DNA from: the human T2T-CHM13v2.0 reference genome, Homo sapiens | DNA: 64,000 nucleotides | Direction: 5' to 3' (one strand) | Assembly (NCBI RefSeq): GCF_009914755.1 | Contig: NC_060938.1 | Part shown: positions 13,996-26,716 of the stretch, piece by piece | Layout: each line of letters opens with the position of its first letter | Position numbering within the stretch: the stretch's first letter is position 1 | Translations under genes and position numbers: made by a program | The notes under the pieces: model-generated | Seen by the model: the letters and a program-made list of their open reading frames with translations, nothing else | Databases searched by the model: none | What the model was told of the DNA's origin: nothing

Positions 13996-16900
13996 TTTTT
14001 TGATGTAGGCCCTGATAGCTATAACTTTCTGTCTTAGTACTTCTTTCCCTGTATCCCATAGATTTTGATATGTTGTGTTTCCATTATCATTTGTTTCAAG
14101 AAGTTTTTAAATTTCCTTCTGACTTTCTTCATTGACCCACTGATCATTCAGGAGCATATTGTTTAGTATCCATGTGTTTGTATAGTTTCCAAAATTCCTC
14201 TTGTTATGAATTTCTAGTTTTATTTATGATCAAAGAAGATGTTTGATATTATTTCAATTGTTTTGAATGTTGTAAGACTTGTTTTTTGACCTAACATATG
14301 TTCTATCCTTGAGAATAATTTATGTGTTGAGGGGAAGAATGTGTATTCTGCAGCCATTGGATAAAATGTTCTGAATGTATCTATTAGGTCCATTTGTTAC
14401 ATAGTGCAGATTAAGTTGTATGTTTCTTTGCTGATTTTCTGTTGGGGAGATGTGTCCAGTGCTGCAAGTGGGATGTTGAACTGTGTAACTTTTATTGTAT
14501 TTGAGTCTATCTCTCTCTTAGCTTTGATAATATTTGCTTTATATATCTAAGTGTTCTAGTGTTAGGTGCATATACATTTGCAGTCAATATATCCTCCTGC
14601 TGAATTGACCCCTTTATCATTATATAATGATACTCTTTGTCCTCTTTTACAATTTTTTCTCTTGAAATCTATTTTGTCTGTTAAAAATATAGCTACTCTG
14701 GCTCTTTTTTTGGTTTCCATTGGCATGGAATATCTGTTTCCATGCCTTTATTTTCACTTTATTTTCAGTCAATGTGTTTCTTTACAGGTAAAATGTGTGT
14801 CTTGTAGGCAACAGATTATTGTACCTTGTCTTTTCATCCATTCAGCTACTCTATGTCTTTTGATGGAAAAGTCTAGTCCATTTACATTCAATGTTATTAT
14901 TGCTTGGTTGGGACTTACTCCCTCCATTTTGTTATTTATTTTCTGGCTGTTTTGTGGTCTTATCTTTCTTTTTTCTTTCCTTTGTGTCTTCCTTTTAGTA
15001 AAGGTGATTTTCTATGGTGGCATGCTTTAATTTCTTGCTTTCTATTTTATGTGTATACTTTGTATGTTTTTTTGATTTGAGCTTACCATAAGACTTATGA
15101 ATACTATCTTATAGCCCATTATTTTAAACTGATGACAACTTAACATTGATGGAATAAACAAGCAAACAAACACACAAAAATAAAACTAATAAAAACTCTA
15201 ACTTCATTCTCCCACGGTTTCACATTTTGTTGTTTCGCTTTATATCTTGTTGTACTGTCTATGTCTTGAAAAGTTGCTGTAGCTATTATTTTTGATTCCT
15301 TCATCATTTATTCTTTCTACTTAAGACAAGAGTAGTTTACGCACCACCATTATATGTGCTAGTATCCTGTATTTTCTGTATGCTTCCTCTTCCCAGTGTG
15401 TTTTGTACCTTCAGATGATTTCTTATTGCGCACTTACATTCTTTACTTTCATTTGCAATAATTCCCTAGCGTTTCTTGTAGGACAGGGCTGGTTTTGATG
15501 AAATTTCTCAGCTTTTGTTTTTCTGGGAAGATCATTATTTCTTTTTCATAATTTAAGGATATTTTTACCAGATATACTACTATAGGGTAAAAGGTTTTTT
15601 CTTTCTTCACTTTAAATATGTCATGACATATGTCATGAAATATGTCATGACACTATCTCCTGGCCTTTTCCACTGAAAAGTCTGTGGTCAATTTTATGGA
15701 GCTCCATTGTATGTTATTTGTTTCTTTTCAGTTGCTGCTTTTAGGATCCTTACTAGATCTGTGACCTTTGAGAATCTGATTATTAAATGACATGAGGTAG
15801 TCTTTGAGTTTAATCTGCTTGGTGTTCTACAACCTTGTACTTGAATTCTGATATCTTTCTCTAGGTTTGGGGAGTTCTCAGATATTATCCATTTGTTAAA
15901 CTTTCTACCCTTATCTCTTTCTCTGCCTCCTCTTTAAGGCTAATAACTCTTAGATTTGCCCTTTTGAGGCTATTTTCTATATCTTGTAGTTGTGCCTCAT
16001 TGTTTTTTATTCATTTTCTTTTGGTCTTCTCTGACCATGTATTGTCATATAGCCTGTCTTCAAGCTGACTAATTTTTTCTTTTGCTTGATCAATTCTGCT
16101 ATTAAGGGACTCGTATTCTTAAGCATCTCAGTTGCATTTTTCAACTCTAGATTTTATGCTTGATTCTATTTAATTATTTAAATCTCTTCGTTAAATTTAT
16201 CTGATAGAATTCTGTGTTATCTTGAATTTCTTTGAATTTTCTCAATACAGCTATTTTGAATTCTCACATATCTCTGTTTCTCCAGGACTGGTCCCTGGTG
16301 CTTTATTTAGCTTATTTGCTGAGGGCATGTTTTCCTAGATGGGGTTGATGCTTGTAGATGTTTGTTGGTGCTAGGGCATTGAACAGTTAGGTATTTATTG
16401 TAGTATTTACAGTCTGGGCTTCTTTGTGCCTATCCTTGTTGAGAAGGCTTTCCATGTATTTGAATGGACTTGTGCCCCAAGCTCAACAACACTGGATTTG
16501 CAGACTCTTAGAGGTACTGACTTGGTGGGAAGAAATCTATGGGTTATCTGGAATAAACTCTTGCTTTCATCTTACTGTCTCTCAAACAAATGGAGTGTTT
16601 CTTTCTATGCTGAGCCACCTGGAACTAGGAGGGTGCCCTATTTTACTGTGGCTGGGCTGATATCCAATATGTAAGACAAAGTCCTCTTCACTCTTCACTC
16701 TAGTCTCCTTAAGCAGAAGGAAGTGGATGCATTTGTTGTGGAGGGAATCACTGCCTGGGGTTGGGGGAAAGATGGTGCAAGCACTCTGTTAGCCATGCCC
16801 GCTGGTGTCTCCCTAGGTCACATGCCACCCTAGTCTACTGGCTCTAAGTGCACCCTAGCACTGAGAGTTGCAGTTCTTGTGTCCAAGGCATGCCTTTACA

Positions 16901-17110
16901 GTTTATCTAGGACCCTGAAGCACTTTGGACCATGGTGGCAAGGCCTACTGAGAAACTCAAATTCTGACTGCTGGGTAGCTGATTCTCTTCTGGCTATGAC
17001 TGGTCCAACTGCTCCCTCCATGCACAGGCACTGGCTGAGCCTAGCATGGCTTTATTCTCCTCTATGACAGGGCAGCACTAAGTCCAATGTAAAGCCCCCC
17101 AGTCACTACA

Positions 17111-17465
17111 TGATATGGTTCCCTTATATGGTTTGGCTGTGTCATCTTGAATTCCTGCATGTTGTGGGAGGAACCCACTGGGAAGTAATTTAATCATGGG
17201 GTCAAGTCTTTCCTGTGCTGTTTTCATGATAGTGAATAAGTCTCATGAGCTCTGATGGTTTTAAAAAGAGGAATTCCCCTGCATAAGCTCTCTCTTTGTC
17301 TGCTGCCATCCATGTAAGACATGACTTGCTCTTCCTTACCTTCCGCGATGATTGTGAGGCTTCCCCAGCCACATGGAACTGTTAAGTCCAATTAAACCTC
17401 TTTGTTTTTTAAATTGCCCAGTCTCAGGTATGTGTTCATCAGCAGCGTGAAGACAGGCTAATACA
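17111..17465 (+). mobile_element. THE1C-like solo LTR (ERVL-MaLR) nested in the L1 5'UTR
   Basis: tgatatggtt...gccatccatgtaagac...gtaagtccaattaaacc-like...ctaataca termini. Confidence 0.9.
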
Positions 17466-17929
17466 CTTGCCCTTCCCAAAGTGCACAGACTCAGACTCTC
17501 TGTGCTGTCCTGCTGCTTCTGGGGAATGGTGAAGAGGTGGTGTCAGTGATTCAAGACAATCTCTCCTACCCTCTTCAATACCTCTTTCAATGATATGAAG
17601 TTAAAACCATGTACTGTGATGCTTACCTGATTTTTGGTTATTGTGACAGTGTTTTTCTGTGTGCATATAGTTGTTAAAATGTGGTGTCCCAGCAAGGGAA
17701 ATGAAGGTGTAGGCTTCTATTCTGCCATCTTGCTCCACCCCCTCAGCATTCCTGTTTCTTGCTCTTTCTATTTTATTTTTAATTGGACTAATTACAAAAG
17801 CTTGTTTTCATGTGTTACTCATGTACTTTAAAAAAAATGTTCCAGAGTTTTCCTGTCCATAATCCTACTGTGAGTCAACCTTGGGCACAGCTACCAAAAT
17901 TGAAAAGTCTTTGAGTTGGAATGCATAGA

Positions 17930-18141
17930 AATAGATTTTAGGGTTCTGAGGAGTTTGCCTAAGGGCTGCCTAGGAGAGGTGGAGACTGAGGGAGAGGCTA
18001 AGAAAATGAGATTCTTGGCCCCCGCTCCATTTCAGCCAGAACGCCCAGTTTTTATGTTTATTAAAGTGCCACATGAGATGTTACTTAAAAATAAACCATG
18101 GAGGTGGAGCTGCTGTTGGAAACAATGCTTTGAAATTCACT
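17930..18141 (+). mobile_element. MER103C-like hAT-Charlie DNA transposon relic
   Basis: gggttctgaggagtttgcctaagggctgcc...ttcagccagaacgcccagtttttatg...tttgaaattcact. Confidence 0.5.
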
Positions 18142-18299
18142 AACCCAGAATAAGGACGGTGTTGGTCTCCACTTTGCTTTTCTCTGACCACTCCTGGGGG
18201 CCAGGTTTATTTCTTGGCTTTCACCTGAAGGTGGAAATCAATGCAGTGAATGCACTCCAAGGAAAGCACCTAGGATGGTGAAGGTACTGAAAACTAGAG

Positions 18300-18600
18300 A
18301 GATTGGTTAGTAAAGCCAGGCTTGGAGAGCCTTAATTATTTGAAGGGCTCTCAGGTGAGTAGATTAGTTCTTCATAGCACTGGGGTCAGGACTAAAACCT
18401 GGGGTAAATGGAGATTTCAGAGTTGTCCAAAGATAAAATGGGTTGCCTCAGGAAGTAATAGGATCCCCATAACTGGAGATATGTAGGCAGAAACTCTTTG
18501 TCTATGATGTTTGTGGCAGATATTTCAACAACAGATGAGGGTTTGACTAGAGAACCTCCAAGGATCTCTAAACACAAATATTGTTTAGTTCCTATGATTC
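18300..18600 (+). mobile_element. L3/CR1 3' fragment
   Basis: gggtttgactagagaacctccaaggatctct...ctatgattc terminal motif. Confidence 0.45.
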
Positions 18601-18961
18601 AGAATATATGTTGGACACTGGAAATATATAAATGATTGAGAGAGACATTTTTTCCACTCTCAATGAAAAAGCAAATAAGATACACAAACAAGTAAACTTT
18701 TAAATTTTAAATATTGCTCTGAGGACAAGAGAATATGGTGATGTGATAAAGAGTAACTGGAAGTGGGGACACTTTTAGATAGGAATTTAAAGAAGCACCC
18801 TCTGAAGAGATATCTGAGGCCTGAGGGTGAGAAGGAGCCATTTATGCAAAAATATTCTGGGCAGAGGGAACAGAACATAGTAATAGCACTAGAAAGCTGT
18901 TGCAGAATTTAAAACAGGATAATTCTGTGATCTGATTTAGGATTTACAATGATTTTTTTTA

Positions 18962-20515
18962 AAAAAGAATTGCACACCAAAACCAAATGATATTTATTCC
19001 AGGTATGCAAGATTGGTTCAACATTTGAAAGTCAGTTCGTGTAATAAACCACATCAAGAGGCTATAAAGGGGAAATTATATGATTATATCAATTGATGCA
19101 GAAAAGGGAATTACAAAATTCAACAACCATTCTCAATAAAACTCTAAGCACACTAGGAATAGAGGGAGCGTCTTCATCTTTATAAAGAATATCTACAAAA
19201 AAATCCTACAGTGAACATCATACTTACTGCTGAGAAACTGAATATTTGGCCATATCTTAATACGAGCCAAGTTAAGTCCTGTTTTACTACTGGTATTTAA
19301 TAGCATACTGGAAGTCCTAGCAAGTTCAATAAGACAAGAAAGGGAAATAAATACAAAGAATACAGATTTCAAAGAAGGACTAAATCTGTCTTTGCTTACA
19401 AATGACATGATTGTCTATGTGGAAAATTCCAAAGAATGAAACAAAAAAGCAAAACAAACCCCTCCTGAAACAAATCTGTGAGTATAGCGAGGTCACAGGA
19501 TACAAAGTTATTATATGAAAGGCGATTGTTTTACTTTATAGCAATAAACAGTGGTAATTTGAGATACAAAATTTATAATAGCCATTCATAATTGCACATA
19601 AAAATGAAATAATTAGGTACAAATCCAACAAAGTATGTGTAGAACCTATATGTGGAAAACTATAAAACTCTAAAGAAATTGAAGGAAATATAAATAAATG
19701 GAGATATTTTGTGTTCATGGATTGGAAAACTCAATATTTTAATATAATTTTTTTCAACTTGATTTATAGATGCAAGACACCCTCAATCAAAATTCTGTAA
19801 GCTATTTCATCATATTGAAAAAAGGAATCTAAGTTTATATGGAAAGATAAAAGATCTAAAATAGCTGTACTATAATGTATGAAAGCAATAAAGTTTGAAA
19901 ACCCAATTTCAAGATTTGCTATACAGCTAAAATAATCAAGGCTGTATGGGATTGGAAAAATAATAGGCACATAGACATGGAACAGAATAAAGAGCCTAGA
20001 AATAGACTACAAATATAGTCAATAAATCTTCAACAAGGAAGCAAAGGCAATTACATTTAGAAAGAATAGTTTTTTCAACAAATGATACTAAAACTATTGG
20101 ATATCCATATGAAAATGTATCTAGGCACAAATTTAATATATTGCACATAAATTAACTCAAAATGGATCATTGATTAGTGTACAACTCAAAGTTCTAATAC
20201 TTCTAGAAGAAAACATAGGAGACAATATAGGTGACAGGGTTTGGCAATGAGTTTTTATTTTTATTTTCGGTTAATTAATTAATTATTTGTTTTAGAGACA
20301 AGGTCTCTCTCTGTCACCCTGGCTGGAGTGCAGTTCTCACAATTACAACTCATTGTACCTCAAATTCCTGGGTTCAAGTGATCCTCTTGTCTCAACCTCC
20401 CTGGCATTTAGGACTACAGTTGCACCACCATGCCTGGATTGGCAATGAGTTTTCAAATACAAAACCAAAAGCATGATCCATAAAAGAAAAAATTGAAAAG
20501 TACAAATTATGAAAA
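18962..20515 (+). mobile_element. L1MC/L1M4-type ORF2 fragment
   Basis: ttattccaggtatgcaagattggttcaacat...ctggaagtcctagc...catggattggaaaactcaatatt...aaaccaaaagcatgatccataaaagaaaa. Confidence 0.85.
20256..20438 (-). mobile_element. FRAM/FAM-type Alu monomer
   Basis: Single right-arm-like monomer with a perfect 15-bp TSD ttggcaatgagtttt (20241-20255, 20439-20453). Confidence 0.9.
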
Positions 20516-20664
20516 TGTTGACCATTTTGACATACCTTGCTAAAATATCTTTATATTGTATATAATGTGTTAAGTTATTTTCCAATATCTTTCTTTGGAT
20601 ACACATCTAAAAATTTCCTTCAATTTTCAATCTGGAAAGCGGCAGTGGCACTTGTATACATTTC

Positions 20665-21027
20665 TGTATTAGCTCAGGCTGGCATAACAAAACCCAATAG
20701 TCTGGGTGGTTTAAAAACAGAAAATAATTTTCTCACAGTCTGGAGGCTGGGAAGTGCATAATCAAGGTACTAGCTTTTTGGGCTCTGGTGAAGGCTCTCT
20801 TCTTGGCTTATAGAGGGCTGCCTTCTCTATGTGTTCTCATAGGGTAGAGAGCTCTGGTATCTCTCTCCTTATAAGGGCACTAATGCTATCAAATTAGGGC
20901 TCCTCCCTGATGACTTCATTTAAACATAATTACTTCCTGAAAACACTATCTCCAAATACAGTACAGTCACATTGAAGGTTAAAGCTTTAACATATGAATT
21001 TTGGTGGTCACGATTCAGCCCATAGCA
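20665..21027 (-). mobile_element. MLT1A-like solo LTR
   Basis: tgtattag...catatgaattttgg...cagcccatagca termini; 5-bp TSD atttc (20660-20664, 21028-21032). Confidence 0.9.
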
Positions 21028-23060
21028 ATTTCCATTTGATCTTTTATAATAATACTTATTTGCATTTTTTAGACAACAAGCTTTGAGCTTTGCAAAAAAG
21101 CACACTAAAACCACACACTTAGAATTTTTGGCTGTGGCTCAAAGGACATTAGTATTCTGACTCAGCATAGGAGCGCGGGTGTCTTTGGGAACATATTTGT
21201 TGTGAGCCATATTTTTTTGTACATCATGTTACATATTCTTGGGGATAATTCTCCTTCATGAAACCCAAACCAGTTTGTAATAGGAACTTACTAGATTGAT
21301 AGTCAATGCAGTTTGAACCAACAGAAGGAACAAAGAAAAATTACACTCTAAATTCAGAAAAAAAATTATAACACATAATAAAAAAATTTATAACACAAAA
21401 AAATTATAACAACTATTCTTCTTTCCTGAGAATTTTATACCATGGTGTTAAATTTATTTAGATTCTCACAGTTAAATAAGAGTCATGTGCTTTTTTTTTA
21501 TCAGCACAAAATATTGGCTGTTGTAACACAAAAAATACGGGATATTTAGGAAACTATTTATATGATTCAGGGTCACACATATTTTTTTCTAATGACTTTG
21601 GTTAATACTTCCTGTTACTTTAGAAATATATAAGTAATAGACTTCTAGCTAAATGGCCATTTTAATGCAAGGACATGGCTATCTAATTTTCAAAATTTAA
21701 ATAATTAAATAGGCATAAATATATCTGAATTAATTCTGGGACCCCTTGTATTTCAATCCTACTGCAACATTGAATTCAGAGAAATACTATATATAACCTA
21801 GAAGTAAAATATATACTTTCATCTCCCCAAGTCCATGTAAGGAAAACTTATAGCCTATAGCGTGCATTTATTGAATCCTCTTGCATTCTCTCTGCAAGTG
21901 TCCTGCAGCCTTAAATTCTTTCAAATTATCTCACTCTCTAATTCTTACTCTGACCTCCCTACCAAACACTCACCTGTATTTAGCTCCCTTGTCTGTTCAG
22001 TCGGTCTTTTCCAATTCTCATTCTCTCTTAGGTATCTGTTATCCACACTCCTTCTGTTATATGCATTCATCTCTCTCATATCTTTGATGAGCATTGGAGA
22101 GGAGCTGGAATCTCTCTGACAGCAGTGATGCATGGAGGACCTGAGGAGGTGGGATGAATGGCTCTCAGTCCCTGCATTTGGATAAGAGACGCTGCATGCT
22201 ATTGGGAGACTTGGCATAGGTAGTCTTTTTTTTTCACTCCTAGCAGTGTCTGAGTTCATTGGTTTATTTACTACCCCCCACAGTATTAAACATGCTCTCC
22301 ACCACTGTACGATTTTTCAGTACTCAGGAAACACTACAACATGTGTGACAGCTAAGAATTCACCAAATATTAGCACTTTTTGAATAGTCTATTAAATCAC
22401 CAGGTAAAATGCACATACATTTTAATTAAGAATATTTTCACCATAATAGTCTACATTAAATAAAAATTCTTTGTTCCATTCCAACATGACAACTTGTTGA
22501 AATCTTCAGGTTCTGACTGACCTCACACTTAAAAGTATAAATAGTTCTTGAAAATATCTGGGTCACCTGATGACAACAACACAAACATAAAGAAAATACA
22601 AAATAATAAAGAAGCTCTGTGAGACTACTATATAGAGATTCTGCTGCTTTTTGTTCCCTAATTGAAATGAGACTCTTGCATTGGCTCTTGCTTGATCCAG
22701 ACTGTGTTCAGCAACTACTCTCCTGTGATTAATGTTCTTAATCACATTTTTGAAATCGATGCAGCAAATGCTTCTTATTGTTTTAAAACCATATATTTTA
22801 AATTGAAATTTATTTTAATCAATCAAGTATGAATAACACTAAATATTTTTGTCCTAGCATTATGTATAATAAATTAAAAAACAAATGGCTTATACGGTAT
22901 TGATTGACACCTGTATAATTAATTGAAACAGGTTGATAAGAAGGAGCTGTTTCCTTTCTGAAAACCTCCTACTACAAAGTCATGAATTGGCAAAATATTA
23001 CTTAGCAATGTTTCAAATGCCTCATACAACATAATCTTTATGTTTTCCCAGATGATGTAC

Positions 23061-23787
23061 TGTGAAAGGAAAATAAACCTCAAGACCCCCAAATCACTGA
23101 ACCAAAAGGAAAAGTCAACCTGGGAACTGTGTCAGACAAACCTGCTTCCCATTTTATTCCTAAGTAAAATAGCTTAGCTATAAAGAAAAAAAAGCTACAT
23201 ACCTCTCTCACAATTTGCCCACAAAGAAATTCCTTGTGGGCATCAAAGTTTTTACCTAAAACACTTCTGTTGAATTTCAGTCTGGCAATGTAAATTGATA
23301 GCTTATCATCACGAGTTCAGGACAAAGGGCAGAACTCATAGTCATCCCTCTGCTGACCTGAGAGGAATGGATATCTGATCGTTTCCACTGCCGTATTGTT
23401 TATGTAAAACTGCAGATTCACTGAGCCAGACTAAGGCATAAATGATGTTTCCTCTACCCTGCTCTCACATGTAAATTGTGTATTTAGTAAAAGGCTAATC
23501 AGAGACTCAAAAGAATGCAACCATTTGTCTCTTATCTACCTATGACCAAGATGACACCTCCCCACCCTCCCCCCAAACCTTCGAGTTGTCCCGGCTCTCC
23601 ACACCAAACCAATGTGTATATCTTACATATATGGATTGGTGTATTATGTCTCCCTACAATGTATAACGCCATGCTGTGCCTCAACCACCTTAGGCACCCC
23701 CTGAGGCTGTGTCACAGGCACGTCCTTAACTTTTGCAAAATAAACTTTCTAAATTGATTGAGACTTATCTGATGTATTTCACTCACA
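23061..23787 (+). mobile_element. MER4A-family ERV1 solo LTR
   Basis: tgtgaaaggaaaataaacctcaagacccccaaatcactgaaccaaaagg... through gcaaaataaactttctaaattgattgagac...ca. Confidence 0.9.
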
Positions 23788-23817
23788 ATGCTTAATAGCA
23801 CTTCCAGTTTCTCTGGC

Positions 23818-23825
23818 ATGAGGAG
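23818..23825 (+). other. Candidate exon end (ATG AGG AG|gtaatc) of a putative spliced + strand transcript
   Basis: ggcATGAGGAG|gtaatc donor 30-40 bp downstream of the MER4A LTR; phase 2. Confidence 0.15.
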
Positions 23826-24663
23826 GTAATCTTTGTAAAGAAGATATAGGTAATTTTTCTGGATACTCCTTGATTCTTAGTAAATAATTAAGAAGACTAA
23901 TAGCAATCAGATAGCTGTAGTAGAAGTCAATGAAATGGTAGTAGAAGAATGAAACCAGCCAACTCTAAAATCAATCCTTTTAGACCCTATGATTCTTGGT
24001 ATTATTGATAGAAATTAATCATCATGTAGAAGACAAAATGACAATAACTTTTGCCATTATTTTAAATCTTTCACTGAATATTTATCTGATATAGATAAGT
24101 GATAGATTTCAGTCAGATAGTCCAAAGCCTAAATTCTATGTCCCAGAATTTTCCATGTCATTAACTTTAGAAGGTTAACTGTCCTTTAACTCTCCCTGAG
24201 GAGTACAGATTTCTCATCCTCACTTCTTGTATATTTATGTCTAAGTAGCTGTGGATTTTATATGCATTTAAAAATCTTTGCCTCTTTTAGGCTTTTCTTA
24301 GGGTCCAATTTCTCTTAAGAGCAAAAGTATCTCTTCACTATAAAATCATAGTTGTATATTGACTCACACACATATGCACACACATGCACACACATACACA
24401 CATGAATTTATTGAGAAAAGAGTATTTTAAAAGGTATTCTAAAAGATTAGAAGCACAAAATTATATGTCTAAAGTATCAGTGCTATATAGGACCTGTACC
24501 CATTTTTGTAACTCATTGTTTCTGTAGAAGGAATTCTGCAATTTCCTTGTTTTATGTTTTTATAACAATGTCAATCTTTCTAATTCTTATAACTTAAAAA
24601 CTCTGGATTGTGCTATGATCACATTCAATTTAAAATAATTTAAGTGCATTATTTTTATTGAAA

Positions 24664-24869
24664 CATGGTTTCTGAACCTTGGCACTATTAACATTTTGGG
24701 CTGGAAGATTCTTATTGTAGGAAGATGTCCTGTGCTTTGTAGGATGTTTTGCAGCATCCCTGGCTTTTACCCCGTAGATCCCAGTAGAATCCCTCAGTGG
24801 TGACAACCAAAAATGTTGGCTTGGCAATTGTCCCTGGGGGGCAAAGTCACTCCTAGTTGGAAATCACTG
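24664..24869 (+). mobile_element. MER20 hAT-Charlie DNA transposon
   Basis: catggtttctgaaccttggcactattaacattttgggctgga...gtgacaaccaaaaatgt...gttggaaatcactg. Confidence 0.9.
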
Positions 24870-25012
24870 CCTTATTTAAAAGAAAGGTGTTAAAAATATT
24901 TGATTGTCATAATTAATATGTGACATTATTAATAATAATAATGTCCACATTTGGGTGGCCCACTCTGGATGTGTTCCAATAGAAATCAATACAACTTGTT
25001 TCCATTTAATAG

Positions 25013-25162
25013 ATATTTCTCAATTTTAGTGAATTTTGTAGAAATAAATGCAAAATCTAAAGCTCAATCAAATAATCTTCACTTTTGGATTAATATTTTG
25101 AGGGCATTTAAACCTCCTTCTGTTTATGTATGCCGTTTCCCCTCTTTGTTTTATATATTAAG
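25013..25162 (+). other. Candidate 150-nt exon (phase 2-2, open frame)
   Basis: Acceptor cttgtttccatttaatag|, donor aag|gtaaga; non-repetitive sequence. Confidence 0.25.
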
Positions 25163-25669
25163 GTAAGAGGACATGATTTCATTGTCTCTGCATAGCTTAT
25201 TGATGACATCTGCTGCTTTGCCCTCAGCACCTCACAGAAAATTCAAGGCAAATTAATGTCCAGATGGTTTTATCTGTACAAAAAACTTTTCTAGATATAC
25301 AGCCTATTTTAGCATAGTATCTTATGTCCTAGAGGGAAAGCCAAGAGTAATTTAATGCCATTAGGCAGAGTAAAACTTAGAAAATATGATCTATTTATTC
25401 TTTAAAATTCTCTTCAAGTTTTGCATCTTCTTTCACTTCTATATAATGCATCATCTCTTTGCAATGCTCTTCTCTAGTTAATATTGACTGCTATGAATAT
25501 TATATTCTTTCTCATTATATTTTTGTGAAACATTATTCAAGCAACTTTCCAAGCCAATTTGGTTTTATATAAAGAAGAAAGATATATCCATATGTAAGAA
25601 GCAGATACATACAAATATATATTTACTAAATCTAAATTTAAAACTCTAAAATTATTGTTGTGCAAATAA

Positions 25670-26225
25670 ATATTTTTATTAAAAATATTAAGTTATGATA
25701 AAATAAACATAAAATTGCCATCCTAGCCATTTTAAGTGTGTACTTCAGTAGTGGTTATGTTCACACTGTTGTGCAACCAATCTCCAGAACTTTTTCATTT
25801 TGCAAAACTGAAAGTCTGTACCTATAAAACAACAACTCTCCATTTCCTCCTCCTCTCAGCTCCTAGCCAGGACCATTCTATCTTCTGTCTCTATGATTTT
25901 GATTACTCTAAGTACCTCATATATGTGGAAACATACTGTATTTGTCTTTTTGTGACTTGTTTATCTTATTTAGCATAGCGTCCTCAATGTTCGTCTACGC
26001 TGTAGCATGTGTCAGAATTTCCTCCTTTTTAAAGGCTGAATAATATCCCATTTTAATGGTATACCACTTTTTTTGTTCCTTCATCTGTGAATGGATATTT
26101 GGGGTGCTTTCACCTTTGGATTTATTGTAAATGAAGTTATGATCATGGTGTACAAATACTTCTTCAAGACCCTGCTTTTGATTCTTTTGGCTGTATACCC
26201 AGATGTTAAATTGCTGGATCATACT
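25670..26225 (-). mobile_element. L1MB2/3-like 3' end
   Basis: cattttaagtgtgtacttcagtagtg...caatctccagaactttttcattttgcaaaactgaaa...attgctggatcata. Confidence 0.85.
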
Positions 26226-26716
26226 ATATTAATTCATTTTAATATGAATTTTTCACGTGTACATACTAAAATTCATTTTAATATGCATTTTTCTCTAGCC
26301 GGCTTTCTAAAATAGTATTACCTGGATGCTTTCCATGTAAGCACTTACATATCCACATTATTCTTTAAATTGCTGCATAATATTCCACTACATCTATTTA
26401 CTGTGATTTATTTCCCTGATAACTCTTTGAGAGACATTTAGCTGTTTTTAATGTAAAATCGACAATGCTTCACTGAACGTTCTTATACATGTCTCTTTGC
26501 ACACTTGTGAGAATACACAGATTTCTAAAAGTAGAATAGCTTTTGACCCAGCTATTCTATTTTTCCTTGTAATAGACATTGACAAAAGACCCCTTAAAGA
26601 GGCACACTGATTTTACATTTTCACCCAGAGGATATGAGTGGGAAATTTTAAAGCTTGTCTTTCCATTTCATTTTTGAATTTTGAGGAAGGTTTTTAAATT
26701 AACTTGCTAGGCAAAA

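Larger units (their letters stand above)
12783..17744 (-). mobile_element. L1MA1-3-like LINE: 5'UTR, ORF1 and 5' half of ORF2; 3' part missing
   Basis: ORF2 RT-region remnant (12930-13142 ...DAETAFDYLQYHFMIKTL...), endonuclease and ORF1 antisense sequence, and an authentic-looking 5' terminus (reverse complement gagggggtggagcaagatggc, YY1 motif at 17724-17731). Confidence 0.9.

Noticed and set aside
14566-15030. 154-aa hydrophobic ORF that looks like a membrane protein
   Set aside because: Antisense translation of T-rich L1 sequence, GTG start
21358-21412. Three imperfect copies of aaaaaaattataacac
   Set aside because: Low-complexity slippage repeat with no spacers; not CRISPR-like
22724-22746. 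9-bp inverted repeat tgtgattaa-tgttc-ttaatcaca
   Set aside because: Short and AT-rich; expected by chance in 64 kb
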